Origin: Desulfosoma sp.
Lineage (GTDB): Bacteria; Desulfobacterota; Syntrophobacteria; Syntrophobacterales; DSM-9756
Assembly: GCA_037481835.1 (NCBI GenBank)
Contig: JBBFKW010000001.1
Coordinates: forward strand, 139,503-203,502
Length of the DNA: 64,000 nt
Reading direction: 5' to 3'
The position numbers and the translations under genes were made by a program. This document shows, piece after piece, positions 63,842-64,000 of this stretch; position 1 is the stretch's first letter; every line of letters starts with the position of its first letter. The notes under the pieces are model-generated. The model made no database searches and was not told the origin of the DNA. It saw only the letters and a program-made list of their open reading frames with translations.

Positions 63842-64000
63842 ATGATTCCCCGAAGCGTACTGCGTCTTTTCACCTTGTTGATCCTGTGCACGTCTGTTCC
63901 GCTGGGTTGCGCCCCTCGGCAGCAGGTGCGCGTCATCATTCCCGAAAGCGTCTTTCACGAGCCGCCGCCTCCGGAGGCCCAAGCTCTGTGGAAACAAGCC
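63842..64000 (+). CDS. Lipoprotein, N-terminal part (runs off the window)
   Basis: MIPRSVLRLFTLLILCTSVPLGCAP..., signal peptide with LGC lipobox; AAGGGA RBS. Confidence 0.7.
   Translation, partial: MIPRSVLRLFTLLILCTSVPLGCAPRQQVRVIIPESVFHEPPPPEAQALWKQA

Overview
GC-rich chromosomal window with mostly housekeeping genes. Gene content suggests an anaerobic deltaproteobacterium (Thermodesulfobacteriota, Syntrophobacterales-like); this is an inference. Left to right it contains: a complex I-like operon (nuoE, HydB-type nuoF, nuoA-B-C-D-H, no nuoG); a two-component pair; a GNAT; proC; an ADP-forming acyl-CoA synthetase; oadG/oadB; a CBS-ACT protein; a liv ABC operon; a queuosine-salvage hydrolase; a tRNA nucleotidyltransferase; leuA with a Leu-rich leader and attenuator; mrcB plus a TPR lipoprotein; rlmD; menaquinone genes; panE; a cysteine synthase fused to a degenerate CysRS; KamA; AmpG; three tandem Rpn/YhgA-like nuclease genes; a hypABFDE cluster; a CDF transporter; a formyltransferase; galE, pyrE and a NifS-like gene; a DtxR regulator; and CIRCE-hrcA-grpE-dnaK. 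Most notable: (1) the CysM-pseudoCysRS fusion, which has lost HIGH/KMSKS and most Zn ligands but keeps the anticodon-binding domain; (2) the Rpn triplet, with identical nuclease cores, variable C-termini and an internal ribosome-binding site for a small in-frame protein; (3) the leucine attenuator; (4) the NuoG-less complex I with a bifurcating-type input module. No tRNA, rRNA or CRISPR array was seen. All calls come from reading motifs by eye; no database searches were run.
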